Assembly (NCBI GenBank): GCA_001244265.2
Contig: CDLV01000015.1
Span: 620,001-684,000, forward strand
From: Microbotryum violaceum
Lineage: Eukaryota
Reading direction: 5' to 3'
Length of the DNA stretch: 64,000 nt
The notes under the pieces were generated by a model. It searched no databases and was not told where the DNA came from. It worked only from the letters and a program-made list of their open reading frames with translations. The position numbers were made by a program, and so were the translations under genes. The stretch's first letter is position 1. Every line of letters begins with the position of its first letter. Shown here in pieces: positions 1 through 11,324 of the stretch.

Positions 1-804
1 TGCTTGCAAGGTACTGACGAGAAGCAATGCGCAAGACACAGTCAGTAGCCAGATGTAGTCGGCTCTCCGCCCATGGAAGGTTGATTCCTCGAGCATTTTG
101 CTGTACCGCATGCTGTCGAGGGCACGTTGGAAATGGGGTCAGTCTTGACCGGCAGCAGCTGCGTAGTAGTGGGTGGCACGTCGTTGTGCAAGTGATGCTC
201 CAGGGACGCAGTGACGCACAAGAAGAATATGTGGAAGAAAAAGTCGAGCCCGAGTGGGCCCCAGTACATGAAACACGTGGCGATCCTCCACAGCTGCAGG
301 CCGCCGATACGGGGTGGGGGGTCGGTCAGACCGGGACGGACGGGACGAAACGCGGTCGGTCGGTCAGGCCGGTCAGGACCCAGAAGCGATGCAGGAACGA
401 GCGGTCAGCATCAACGAGCCAAGCATCGTCATTGATGAAAAGCAGGACGGACCTGGCCATGCTCAAACGCGGAGCGATAGGTGAAGTAGAGCTGCAGGGG
501 CGTGACGACGTTGCATTGCTGTGCAGTGGGGTTAGGTCGGGAGCGAGGCGCACACAGATATGATCATCAGTATCGAGTGCGCAGGAACGAGGAACGAGGA
601 ACGAGCCGGACGTACTACGGCCACACTAAGCGCGACGGCCGAGCTGTAGGCGTGGTGCACCAAACATGGTCAGACCGAAGTGAGCGATGACGTGGGAGAC
701 GGGCACAGAGCGGTGAAGACAGGGGGCGACCAGTCCGTCGGTAGATGAGGGTTCACGTACGCAAGGTAGCACTTGGTGACGATCGGCAAGTCACCGATCT
801 CCAT
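1..804 (-). CDS. DER1: Derlin (Der1-like ERAD membrane protein), multi-exon, 3' end beyond window start
   Basis: Exons join with GT-AG boundaries to give MEIGDLPIVTKCYLA|SAVALSVAV|QCNVVTPLQLYFTYRSAFEHGQ|LWRIATCFMYWGPLGLDFFFHIFF|MRYSKMLEESTFHGRRADYIWLL, including the rhomboid-like WR motif and the derlin RYSxxLEE motif. Confidence 0.93.
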
Positions 805-1242
805 GGCTTGTACGAGGAAGCGACACTTGCCTTCCGCTGGCGTCGTACACGTGCAGTACGAGTCGAGTTGACCGAAGCCAAGCCCGATTCCGAAGCGCGA
901 GAGGAACGACCCGAGCCAGCGAGAGGCAGCTCAGGCAGCTCTCGAGTAGGTCCCCTTAGTAGGTCTCTGTAGGTCTCGCCTTGGCTCTTGCCTTTCTCGC
1001 GCCACTTGCTCGTCTCGCACGTGATCGTCGCCGGTACTGGTCTCTCGTGTGTGCCCTTTCGCGTTCTCGGTTGGGAAAAGGGGAAGTGTGATTGTTGGCA
1101 TCGGGATCGGACTGGGTGAGTTGTCCTGTCCCTCTTACCGGCATCGACCGTGTGCTTGCTTCCAGACTGACTGACGCAGCTCACCTCACCTCACGCGGCC
1201 CTCCTTACAGGCTCACTTGGTCCCACGATCGCCGCTTCGGGC

Positions 1243-4023
1243 ATGTTGCACCAGTCTTCAACGAGGGCGTGCAAGTGTGCTTCCACCTCGACAGCGCTGG
1301 TCGCCTGTGCGCACGTCCACGCCCTCCTGCGAGGCTCGCGATCCCCGTCTCGATCGACCTTCGCAACCCGAGCTGGAGCCGGTCCCGGACCGAGCACACC
1401 GCACCCGGTCGCCGAGTCGGGTGGCGATCCTACCTCACCAGCGTACCACCATGCTGCTCTGACATATACAGCGCCTCTGTGGTACCGAGAGCAGTGGCAG
1501 CAAGCAAGGTCAGGCGAAACCTGGCACAATTGGTTCAGCCACAGCCGCGTTCCGCTCGCGCTCGATCCGAAGAACACCCGCGCCCCACCGCCGTCACCTC
1601 CCCCGCAGCGTGCATCGTCGCATTCTTCTTCCGGGATGGCCAAATCTAGAGACACCCATTCCATCGACGAAAGTGCTCGTGAGAGTATAGCCCGCTACCT
1701 CGCCTCGCGCACCCTTTCTTCGACCGAGCACTCGACGCGAGCCATCGACGAGCTTCCCCATGACGACCCAGCTCAAATACTCGCGCCGGCGAAACGACTC
1801 GGCATGTCTGTCGTCGCCAACTATCTGCTGCTAGACCTAGCAGCAAGCAACGCAGCATCGCCAGAACTGGATCAATCCCCGTCCTGGCCGCAGTGGCTCG
1901 ATCCTCGTGAGGCCCTTCAAAACGTCATCGACTACGGTGCGCCCCCGAAGGAGCTGGCGATCGCACTACCCCACCTGGCCGACGAGGCGGAACGAATACA
2001 GGATTCGTGGAAGGTGTTCAATCAGAGATACGAGCTCGATCGCCACCCCACACTCGCGCTCAACTTTCTCTACTTTGTCGCAAGGCCGAATTCGAGCGAC
2101 CTCCCCTTGGCTTTTGCACTCGAGGTGCTGCAAGATCTGTTGAGCGCACGGATCGTCCCGGAGCAGCTCGTGGCCCCTCCACCGAACCTGCCCGAGAACT
2201 TGCCGGAAGCGAACTCGATTAAGCTACGAATAGTTCTTCTTCGCACGGTGGCCGCAGCAGCGGCTGAGTATGCAAATCACGACCTCGCGGTCCAAGCCTT
2301 GGAGTCGCTCGACACTCTGCACCACATGGACGAAATCGACATCGGTTTGCTGCAAGCTCATTTATCGACACAGGTCGCACATGTCAGACACCAACGACTT
2401 GAACTTTTCCGGCCCTTGTCCAACACCACAATGGAGCGTCTGCACGCTCTGTTCGTCTCTCTTCTGAAACGATGGGGTCCCTCACTCTCGGTCGCCACCA
2501 CAGACCTACTCGATGCGTTCTCGATCGAATTGATCGAGTACAACCGATACGATTTGCTCGCCGAGCTGTACTCCCAGTTCTCTCGATTGGGGTGGGCGCC
2601 GACCCTGAGTAGCGACATCACCCTCGACTTTGCACACTTTCTCGGCGGAGATGGGCGCGTTCGCCAATATCGGTTCCCCTCGAACCCGACGCGCAAGGCG
2701 ACCTTGGCGACACGGTATATTTATGTGGATCTTTGGTACCGGTTCACCGCGACGGTCGAAACGCGAGCGGTCGAGCAAGGCTTTGCAAACGATTGGACGA
2801 GGGAAGCCAAAGATCGGTGGATTCGCCACCTCTGCCAGGGTCGGATCGTCGATCCGGCGCAAGCTCGTAACATATATGAACTGTGGACCGTCGGATCCCA
2901 TCCTCGTAGAGTCGTAGAACCTCCCTCATCCCCCTTTGTGATCAGCACGACCACCGCGCTTGCCTTGGCCAATCGTCTGCTCCAGCAATCGAGCCGGCGG
3001 TCCCCCCCAGCGGAACACAATCGCACCCGAGCGTTCGTCCAAAAACTCGCCTCGGACTGCGTTCAGCACCGCACATCATTCTCGACCGGTAAACTCGAGC
3101 ATTTCGATCTCACCGCCTTGGCTAGATTGTACCTGCTCCTTGACGATTGGGACTCGGTCGCGCAAGTTTATCGCCTTCTACTCGCCGATCGAGTCTTCCC
3201 CGATCAACGCGACATCGAAGTCTGGGTCGAATTGGCGGCGAGGCGATTTTGGACTCTCGAGGAGGGCACTTCGTCAGAATCACAAGCCGTGCTCGAAAAG
3301 ATTTTGGACTTTGTCGCGGAAAAACGTCTGTCCATCGACGTTCATAGCATCCAATCTGTTGCTCGAGCCATCATGAGCGAACTCGAGTCGTCGCCTGAGG
3401 TTCGTCGAGTCCGTCACTTCACCCCCGCCAAGTTCCTCGAATGGGCCAACAAGATCGTGCTTCTACCTCCCGGAGGTTATGAATTTCTGCGCAAACGCTT
3501 ATTGTACTCCATCCAATCCAATTCGGTCACCCCGAATCGACAAGGCTCAGCCCTGACAGCCGGTCGTTTCGACGACATATTCCCCTTTCGCGTTGTCCAC
3601 GCTCTCTTCAAGGCTTATTCCCAAGGTCGAATCGGCGAAGCGCTTTGGATCTATCGCGAGACCGTTCTAGAAGGAGGCCTCCGACAAGACTTGGTCCTAA
3701 GGCAGACCCTTAAAGTCTTTTCGAGTTGGCTTCGGAAAGAACCGCCCGAATGGCGCGAGAGGTGGTTACAAGAGGTGGTGTTGACGCTTCACGAGACGCT
3801 GGACGCCGGGATCGATCTCGTCGAGGAGGAAAAGACGATGTTGGTGGTTATCACGACGTTGAGGAGGAATTGGGATTCCGCAACACCGGAAGAAAGGTCG
3901 GATAGGTTCGAGTTGGCGCAAAGTTATGTTGAGCGGTACCGAGCCAAAGTTGGAGACGTCGGACCGGAGGTCGAGAAGGCGATGCGTGAACTCAGGGGCA
4001 ACCTAAAAAGTTTGGAAGCCTAG
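1243..4023 (+). CDS. 926-aa intronless, probably mitochondrial helical-repeat (PPR-like) protein
   Basis: Single long ORF; Arg/Ser-rich, acid-poor N-terminus resembles a mitochondrial presequence; PPR-like segment FDLTALARLYLLLDDWDSVAQVYRLLLADRVFPD. Coding status is clear, PPR assignment is tentative. Confidence 0.7.
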   Translation: MLHQSSTRACKCASTSTALVACAHVHALLRGSRSPSRSTFATRAGAGPGPSTPHPVAESGGDPTSPAYHHAALTYTAPLWYREQWQQARSGETWHNWFSHSRVPLALDPKNTRAPPPSPPPQRASSHSSSGMAKSRDTHSIDESARESIARYLASRTLSSTEHSTRAIDELPHDDPAQILAPAKRLGMSVVANYLLLDLAASNAASPELDQSPSWPQWLDPREALQNVIDYGAPPKELAIALPHLADEAERIQDSWKVFNQRYELDRHPTLALNFLYFVARPNSSDLPLAFALEVLQDLLSARIVPEQLVAPPPNLPENLPEANSIKLRIVLLRTVAAAAAEYANHDLAVQALESLDTLHHMDEIDIGLLQAHLSTQVAHVRHQRLELFRPLSNTTMERLHALFVSLLKRWGPSLSVATTDLLDAFSIELIEYNRYDLLAELYSQFSRLGWAPTLSSDITLDFAHFLGGDGRVRQYRFPSNPTRKATLATRYIYVDLWYRFTATVETRAVEQGFANDWTREAKDRWIRHLCQGRIVDPAQARNIYELWTVGSHPRRVVEPPSSPFVISTTTALALANRLLQQSSRRSPPAEHNRTRAFVQKLASDCVQHRTSFSTGKLEHFDLTALARLYLLLDDWDSVAQVYRLLLADRVFPDQRDIEVWVELAARRFWTLEEGTSSESQAVLEKILDFVAEKRLSIDVHSIQSVARAIMSELESSPEVRRVRHFTPAKFLEWANKIVLLPPGGYEFLRKRLLYSIQSNSVTPNRQGSALTAGRFDDIFPFRVVHALFKAYSQGRIGEALWIYRETVLEGGLRQDLVLRQTLKVFSSWLRKEPPEWRERWLQEVVLTLHETLDAGIDLVEEEKTMLVVITTLRRNWDSATPEERSDRFELAQSYVERYRAKVGDVGPEVEKAMRELRGNLKSLEA

Positions 4024-4156
4024 GCGGATGAAGTGAAATGAAATGAATAAATTCGCTGTTGCATGCTAGCTAGCACGACCCATCGACTCTATAGAGAGAT
4101 GATTCAGTTTGAAAGCTCTCGATTGCAGCGTAAAGAGTATTAAGCGTCTATGGCAA

Positions 4157-5689
4157 TCAGTCTGGTGGAGTGGAGTGGATCTCGTTCCCAAGTCAGATCG
4201 GGAGACTCGACATCAACGTGGGAATGGAATACTCACATTTATAGAAGCCTTCGCCACTCTTACGCCCCGTCTTGCCCTCCTTGACGAGCTTGTCGAGCAA
4301 CTCGATCTCCTCGACCTGCTTGGCCTCGATCTCCCCTGTCGAGACGCGATCCTCGCGCCATCCTTTGGAGATGTTGTTCAACGTGTCGAGACCGACGAAA
4401 TCGGAGAGTTCGATGGGGCCTGCAGTGAATAAGCGACGAAAAGCGTTAGATGTTAGATAGATCTCGAAAAAAGTATTTCTGGACGCGATGAAGAAATGAG
4501 CGTACCCATCGGCAGACCGGCTCCGAGCTTCATCGCCGTGTCAACGTCCTCCGCAGTCGCATCGCCTCGCTCAACCATTCGAATGGCTTCGAGCATGTAG
4601 GGAACCAACAATCGGTTGACGATGAATCTGGAAAGAAGCCAAATTCGAGGTCAGCTGGCGCGCCCGGGAAGGTAGCAATGCGTAAGCAGATTATGCTCAC
4701 CCCGGGTTGTCCTTGCAGTTGACGGGGGTCTTCTTCATGCGCTTGCAGAGATCCAACAAGGAGTCTCGAACCTCATCGCTGGTTTGCGATGTCTGCACAA
4801 TCTCGACCTATCGGAAGGAGGGGCGGGGCAGTGTGCCAGACATTAGCCGGTGGGATGTGGGGCGCGGTTGTTTGGTCGAATCCCGCTTCGCCGCCTCGCC
4901 TCGCCATTTTCGGCCCGGACGCAAGAGACTGACCAACTTCATCTGAGGTACCGGGTTGAAAGCATGAAAACCAGCGAATTTCTCCTTGCGCTTCAACGAA
5001 CACGTCTCCGCGATCTTCTCGATGCTCAACGAACTCGTATTACTCGCAAAGATCGTCGCCACGGGCGCCAGATCGTCCAATCGTCTGAAAAGCTCTTGCT
5101 TAACCTTGAGGTTCTCCACAATGGCCTCAACAACGAAATCCGTTTCCTTGACGGCGGTCGCGGCGTCGGTGGTAGTGGTGATGTTGGCGAAAACGTCGTC
5201 GATCAATTTTTGTTGCTCCTCGGTTGAGTCGGGGAACTTTTTGCGCGCGATGCGTTGCAATGACTTGGTGATAATCTTTTTGCCGTTGTCCAAGGCGGCA
5301 TCAGAGACGTCGGTCATGACTGTGGTGTCGAGGGAAGGTTTCATTTCACGCGACCGGAGATGATCGGAGCAGGCGGTGGCAGGGGACGGGGCCTTGGTCA
5401 GCTGCTACCCGAGCTCGAGAGACGAAAGCCGGATCATATCACGCCGGGACTAACTAGCTTTCACACCGTTCTGAGCGGCGACCTGGACAATACCCGAACC
5501 CATTAGACCGGCCCCAAAGACGGTGATGGTGTTAATTTGCGGTGCCGCGGCCATCGTGGGGGACGTCGAGGCCATGCCACGGCGACGGTAACTGATGAAA
5601 CCGGGGACCGTCGACGCGGATTGGCGAAGGAGGCCGCTGGTGGGCGAGACGAGCTGGGTTAGGCGTCGGCTGGAGGAGAGGGCGAGCAT
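4157..5689 (-). CDS. HADH: Mitochondrial 3-hydroxyacyl-CoA dehydrogenase (HADH/SCHAD type), multi-exon
   Basis: Presequence [10 protein letters not shown]; Rossmann motif [51 protein letters not shown]-terminal [13 protein letters not shown]; stop at 4157-4159 or 4140-4142 depending on the last acceptor. Confidence 0.95.
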
Positions 5690-6340
5690 CTGAATTTGAG
5701 TTCGAGATCAGTCGGGGTTCCTCGTTCGTTCCGGTGGACGGTCGGGAGCTGAGCGATGTCGAATACCTTGTCCTCGGCGACCTGTCCAAGCGCTTGCGGT
5801 CGTCTGCGGTAGTCATAAGCGAGCCACTCCTCTCTCACGTGCCAATTCGTCCCCAGACAAGGCAGCTTTGAGTTCTCAGCCGAATTGTACTAAATGAACT
5901 TTCAGCGGCTCGTGCAAGTGTAACTATGGCATCGGTAATACAAGAAAAATGTGAAAAGGTGGGACAAAAAATTGGGGAGAAATACTAGATGAGTATTTCG
6001 TCGAACAGTGGGGGTGGGAGAGAAAAGAAGAATTGCGAGGCACACACATGACGGTACGATGGTGATAGCTCAAGAACAAAAAGGTGAAAACAAGATACAA
6101 TCATGGAAGTTGAGGCGACTCTTTAGAAGGGGACGTGTGAGCTTTCCAATCGGTAAGATCATCCATCTCGAACGCCTCGGAAGCATCGAAAACGACATCC
6201 TGACCGCCAGCTCCCTGATTCGTCCTCGGTCGACCTGATCTCCCCTTTCCATCCTTGTCATAATTGTCCGTGACATCCAGTGCGTCACCTTGCCGCACCA
6301 TCGCACCCTCTAGTGTTTCTTCTTCCTCCCCCGCCTCATC

Positions 6341-8938
6341 CTATTGTCCATCATTCTGCACGGCCTGATAATTCGCCGGTGCGGCCAACCCACTTCCACT
6401 CGCGCCTTCCATCTCGCGCCCTCGTTTCCACGCCTTCTTGATTCCATCCAACAGGCTGGCGGAAAGGACTTTGGCTTCTCCGTGGTGTTTCCGAAGAACG
6501 GGGGCTTCGACGGAACTTGAACGAGCGCCATTGGGGGAGGAGCTGCCTCCGTGGTGGGATCGAACGAGAGAGGCGGATTCGAGGTCGGCTTTGGAAGAGT
6601 CACCAAACAGGGCATCCATCTCCTCCAATGGCACGCCCATCGTCTCGGGATAAAAGAGGAAAACGCAGATCAACGAGATTAAACACCATCCGGCATGCAT
6701 CAAGTACAACCGCCACCGGATCGCCTCTTGCAAAATCGGTGTCGATTCGCCGACGACAAAGTTGAAGAACCAGTTCGTCGCCGTCGAGATGCTGACACCT
6801 TTGACGCGAAACACGGTCGGGAACACTTCGGGTCCTAGGAGCCAAGGTATCGGACCCCATGAGTAGCCAAAAGCGGCGTTGAAGACGATGACGGAGATGA
6901 CGACCGCGGTTGGGGTGTAGGTCTTGTCGAGGTACAGGAAGTAACCTACGGACGAGAGCGCCGTCGCCATGATCTGCGCGAGGAGGAGGCGGATAAGTGC
7001 TTGGCTTTCCACGAGCATTAGAGTTGGTCTCTTTTCGAGATGGACCCACTAGAGCACCTGAGAGCAAAATGGGACGTCGACCCCAGATATCGACGAGGTA
7101 CCAAGTAGGTACGGTGCTGAGGATGTAAACTGTGCACCCAGGATAGTTTGCTTATCAGCGAAGAAGGCCACACGGATAGACCCGATCACCTCTGACGGAC
7201 TAATTCCGTTGATGCCGGTCATCAAGATCGCATCTCGCCCAATCCAGCCGGCCGACTCGAACACCAGAGGAGCGTAGTAAGAGATGACTGCACACAACGC
7301 AAATATGCCAGTTAGTTTGGGACGCTCGAGAGAATTTCAAGTGTGCCTACCATTGATTCCATTCTGTACCGGGAGAGAATAGTGCCGGATCAGTCACAGC
7401 AGCTGGAAGGACGAGACCAACTCCGAGTCTATGAACTCACCAATTGAGCAAACATCTGAGCACTCATGGCAATCAAGACGCGAGACTTGTAGCGCTTCCA
7501 CATGCTGGTGTAGCTTCGATCACCAATAGTACGCTCGGCCAAAACGGATTCTTTGATCTCCACGAACTCGTTTTTAGCCCTCTCGTCATCCGGATCGCCA
7601 TCACCGTGCAGATCGGCGAGTACTTTCATTCCCTCCTCGTCCATGTCCATATCAAGCAACCAACGCGGCGATTCGGGGATGTAGATGGATCCGATGGCGA
7701 GGATCGATCCGATGATGCATTGGACGAACAGGGGGCAACGCCAGGAGAGGTTTGAGGATAAGAAGGAGGCAAAGTAATCGATCCACTGCGAGAAGGAGCG
7801 TTTCGACTGTCAGTTTGCGCCCAGCTTGGGTGAACAGCTTTCTCGATAGAAGAGCTTACAACTGAGGAGGCATATCCTGCAATATTGAGTGTGAACTCGA
7901 TGCAGGCCAGTTTTCCTCGGTTCTCGGCGGGCGAGATCTCGGATTGATACACGGGTACGATCATGCTGTCCTCGTAGTGAAAAAGATCAGACTGGGGCAT
8001 GCAGGGGCCGCCAGTGAATGCGATATCGAACGTACGAGAGGAAACCGACGCCAAATCCGGACAAGATTCTTCCAAAGACCATCACCTTGAACCCGGTCGC
8101 AAAGGATTGGAATGCACCGCCGGTCGTGAAAATGAGCGCTCCGGCCAATAGGGTCAGTCGTCGACCAAAAATGTCGCCGACGCGACCGGCCAGCAAGGAA
8201 GTGATCAAGGCACCGATTTCGAGGATAGCGACCTGCGAAAGAAAGGCGAGGATGAGCGAGGTAAGTTGTAAGCAGGCTGCCGAGGAGACTGACCATTGTT
8301 GCGAGCTCATATCGATTCGGTTGATGAAAGAAGGCCTTAAAGTATGGCCCCTAATCGGTGCAAAGCAGGGAAGATTCTGCGCGTCAGTCGGAGCCAGATA
8401 ATAGATTATCCGGAGAAACTGACGGTAATGATACCTGGATTGAAGGAAAGGTGGCGTGATAGAATGCCAACAAGTCAGCTTTGGCGTTTACCGTTCGGCG
8501 ACGATGGCTTTCGCGACTCTGGCGGGGAGTCGGGCCGGTTCGGGAGTGCAGCAGGTGCACTAGTGGGGGTCATACAATAGGCGCAAGATGTGGCTTACCC
8601 GACATGACACCCCTGTGTATTTGAACACATGCCGGGTGTGACCCAGGGCGGGTATGATCGACGCGGACGACGACAGCGGATAGGGCACCACGACCACGAT
8701 GACGTTGGAGCGCACGCGGACGCGAAGCACACGCGCGAGCGGAGAAGACGACAGCGCACCACCGTCAGCTCTGCGGGGTAGGGCGAGTTGGCCGATGATG
8801 CAGGGACAGCACTGACTGGTCAAACCCAAAGAGAAAGACGCCCAAGGAAGCAAAGACGGAGGTGACAAGCAGCAGCTGAGAGCCGACCATCCGCGGCTTA
8901 CGCCCGCTCAAAGCTGAGCCTGAACCTGAACCGGCCAT
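6341..8938 (-). CDS. MFS sugar porter (hexose/monosaccharide transporter), many exons including micro-exons
   Basis: SLGVFLFGFDQGVMSG, GDIFGRR, GRILSGFGVG, VPVYQSEISPAENRGKL, PESPRWL, SWGPIPWL, PETMGVPLEEM are sugar-porter signatures; first in-frame stop is TAG at 6341-6343. Confidence 0.95.
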
Positions 8939-9433
8939 CGTGGGAGAAGGTGGGCGGTCGGATGTATAGCCTGGCAGATGAGACGACGCGACACGAGGTG
9001 GTCGGCGTGCTGTCGGGGCGAGTCGAACGCGTGAAGCTAAAGCTGAGCTGCGCAAAGTCTCCCACGGCGACCAACGCAGATGAGAAGGACCGAGCGACGA
9101 ACCGCACCGGGCACGCCCCGCGCCTTGGCTGGCCGGCTCAGTGTTAGCTCCTGGTGGCCTGGCAGCACGCGAGATTAGCCGCGATTGGCGCCGCGCGATT
9201 ACTGGCGCGATAATAAGCCGGGGGTAATCAAGCGGCTTCTGGCTTCGCGTCTGAGCCTGTCTGAGCAGCTTGCAGCTCCCGACTCGAACGCCGAGATTTA
9301 CACACCGGCGCGCGTTGCTTCTCAGCGCACTCGACTCTCGTAGCGTCTCCTACTTACCACTCTCGAACCTTTCAGGGTCCTACCTACCACCCGCAGTCCC
9401 ACCCCACTGCTCGTCAATTCCGCGTCGCACCGA

Positions 9434-10892
9434 ATGTCAACTCTGTCAGCCTCGAACGGCCACGCTGCGCCCCCGCCTGCTACAGTGCAAGCCTCCTCCT
9501 CCACAGGTGGCATCACCGAGGATGAAGCCGCTCTCTACGATCGTCAACTCCGTCTGTGGGGCGTGGAGGCGCAGAACCGGATGCGTCAGGCCAAGGTGTT
9601 GATCGTCAACTTTCGCTCGCTCGCGGCCGAGATCGCCAAGAACATCGTACTCGCTGGAGTGGGGCAAGTCACCCTTTTGGACGAACAAAATGTACACGAG
9701 CAAGATCTCGGCGCCAACTTTTTCCTCAGGGAGGACGATGTCGGTCAAAAGGTCAGTCGCACCCTCAGACGAGAAGCACCGTCAGGTCGGGTCGGGCCAA
9801 GAGAGCCCACACGAGACTCACTTGTGCCCAACCCGTTCTTGCCTCAGAGGGTTCAAGTTGGAGCACCGCGATTACAAGCACTCAACCCTCGGGTAGAGCT
9901 TTTGACCCGCACCGACGCCGCCATGGTTCAAGACGACACTTTCCTCGCCCAATTCGATCTTGTCGTCCTCACCGATTGCGACGCTCCGACACTGGTGCGT
10001 GAACACGGACACGGACTCCAATTTGCGATCCATACCTCGTCATGGACTGAGACTCTAATTCTCTCCATTCCGTACAGCAACGCGTCAATGAGTCCACGCG
10101 TCGACTCGGCAAGAAGCTCTACGCCGCTTCGTCCGTCGGCATCGATGGATGGATCTTTGCCGATTTGCTCGAGCACGAATTCGTCGTGTGAGTCCTCGGC
10201 GGGGTAGAACAGCGGGCTTTGATAGCGTCAAGCTAAAACTCTGCTTTGTATTGATCTCGTCGTCTCTCACAGCGATGTGATCAAGTCGCTCGGACCTGGA
10301 GAAACCGTCAATGTTCCGACCAAACGTACGCTCTCCTATACCCCTTTCGACAGCATTTTTTCGCATTCATGGAAAAAGTCTCGTGCACGCGAGCTCAGAA
10401 AGACACAGTCGAATCTGTGGGGCACGTTGGGTAAGTTTCATCTGAATAACTACTTTTTGAAGCACGGTCATGCTGAGATTCGTTTTTCCGAATTTCGTTT
10501 ACGCGTAGCTCTCCTCGAATATCAGAGGACAAACCCCGGACAACCCATCACGCTCGAAGGCCTAAAATCAACCTCCCAAGAACTTTTACCTCGCTTGGGC
10601 GTCAAGACCGAACTCCTTCCCGAAACAATCCTCTCGTACGTTCAGACACATTACTCAGCCCTCCGGCTCAAATCAATATCATCTGACCCCCAAGTCCTTT
10701 CTCCTCCCCCTCTCCCGTAGTCGGATAGCATCAACAAGCGCTTTCGAATTCCCACCCTCTGCTGCCATTTTGGGTGGTATCGCAGGACAAGACGTGCTGA
10801 ACGTGCTGGGAGGCAAGGAGGAACCCGTGAGGAATTTGATGGTCTTTGATGGACAAACGGGAGCGGGTCACGTTTGGAATTTGGGCGAATAA
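9434..10892 (+). CDS. AOS1: SUMO-activating enzyme E1 subunit 1 (Aos1/Rad31/SAE1), multi-exon
   Basis: ITEDEAALYDRQLRLWGVEAQNRMR, EIAKNIVLAGVG, LGANFFL, LQALNPRV; last exon EFPPSAAILGGIAGQDVLNVLGGKEEPVRN; TAA at 10890-10892. Confidence 0.93.
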
Positions 10893-11324
10893 AGTTCGGC
10901 ACGAATGAGCATAAACGGGTGTAATCATAGTGTTATATCCAATCGTGTGCATACTACTTTCACTTAGCAGGAAGGCTTCATCAACCCCAGTACTCGGAGG
11001 CCTCCCCGCTGCTGCTCCCTCTTTCTGCACTGCTGCGTCAAAGGCTTCGAGGTAAGTCGATTACCGCTCTTGGTTTGTTCACTCGCACCGAGCAAATTAC
11101 GATTGGTCTGAAGCATCCATCCTCACGGTAAATCTTCCCGAGATCCTCAAGTGGTCGAGGTGCGTGGTGTTTGGAAGAGTTTGCCAAACCCCACAGAATG
11201 TCGACGTGAGCGACCGCCGCAGCTTCCCGAGCACACATAAGCAAATATTTATATTAACATTACAGCTAGTGCACAACAAACAAAGACCGCCACATCAAAT
11301 CAAATCATAGTCAAATATATTATA

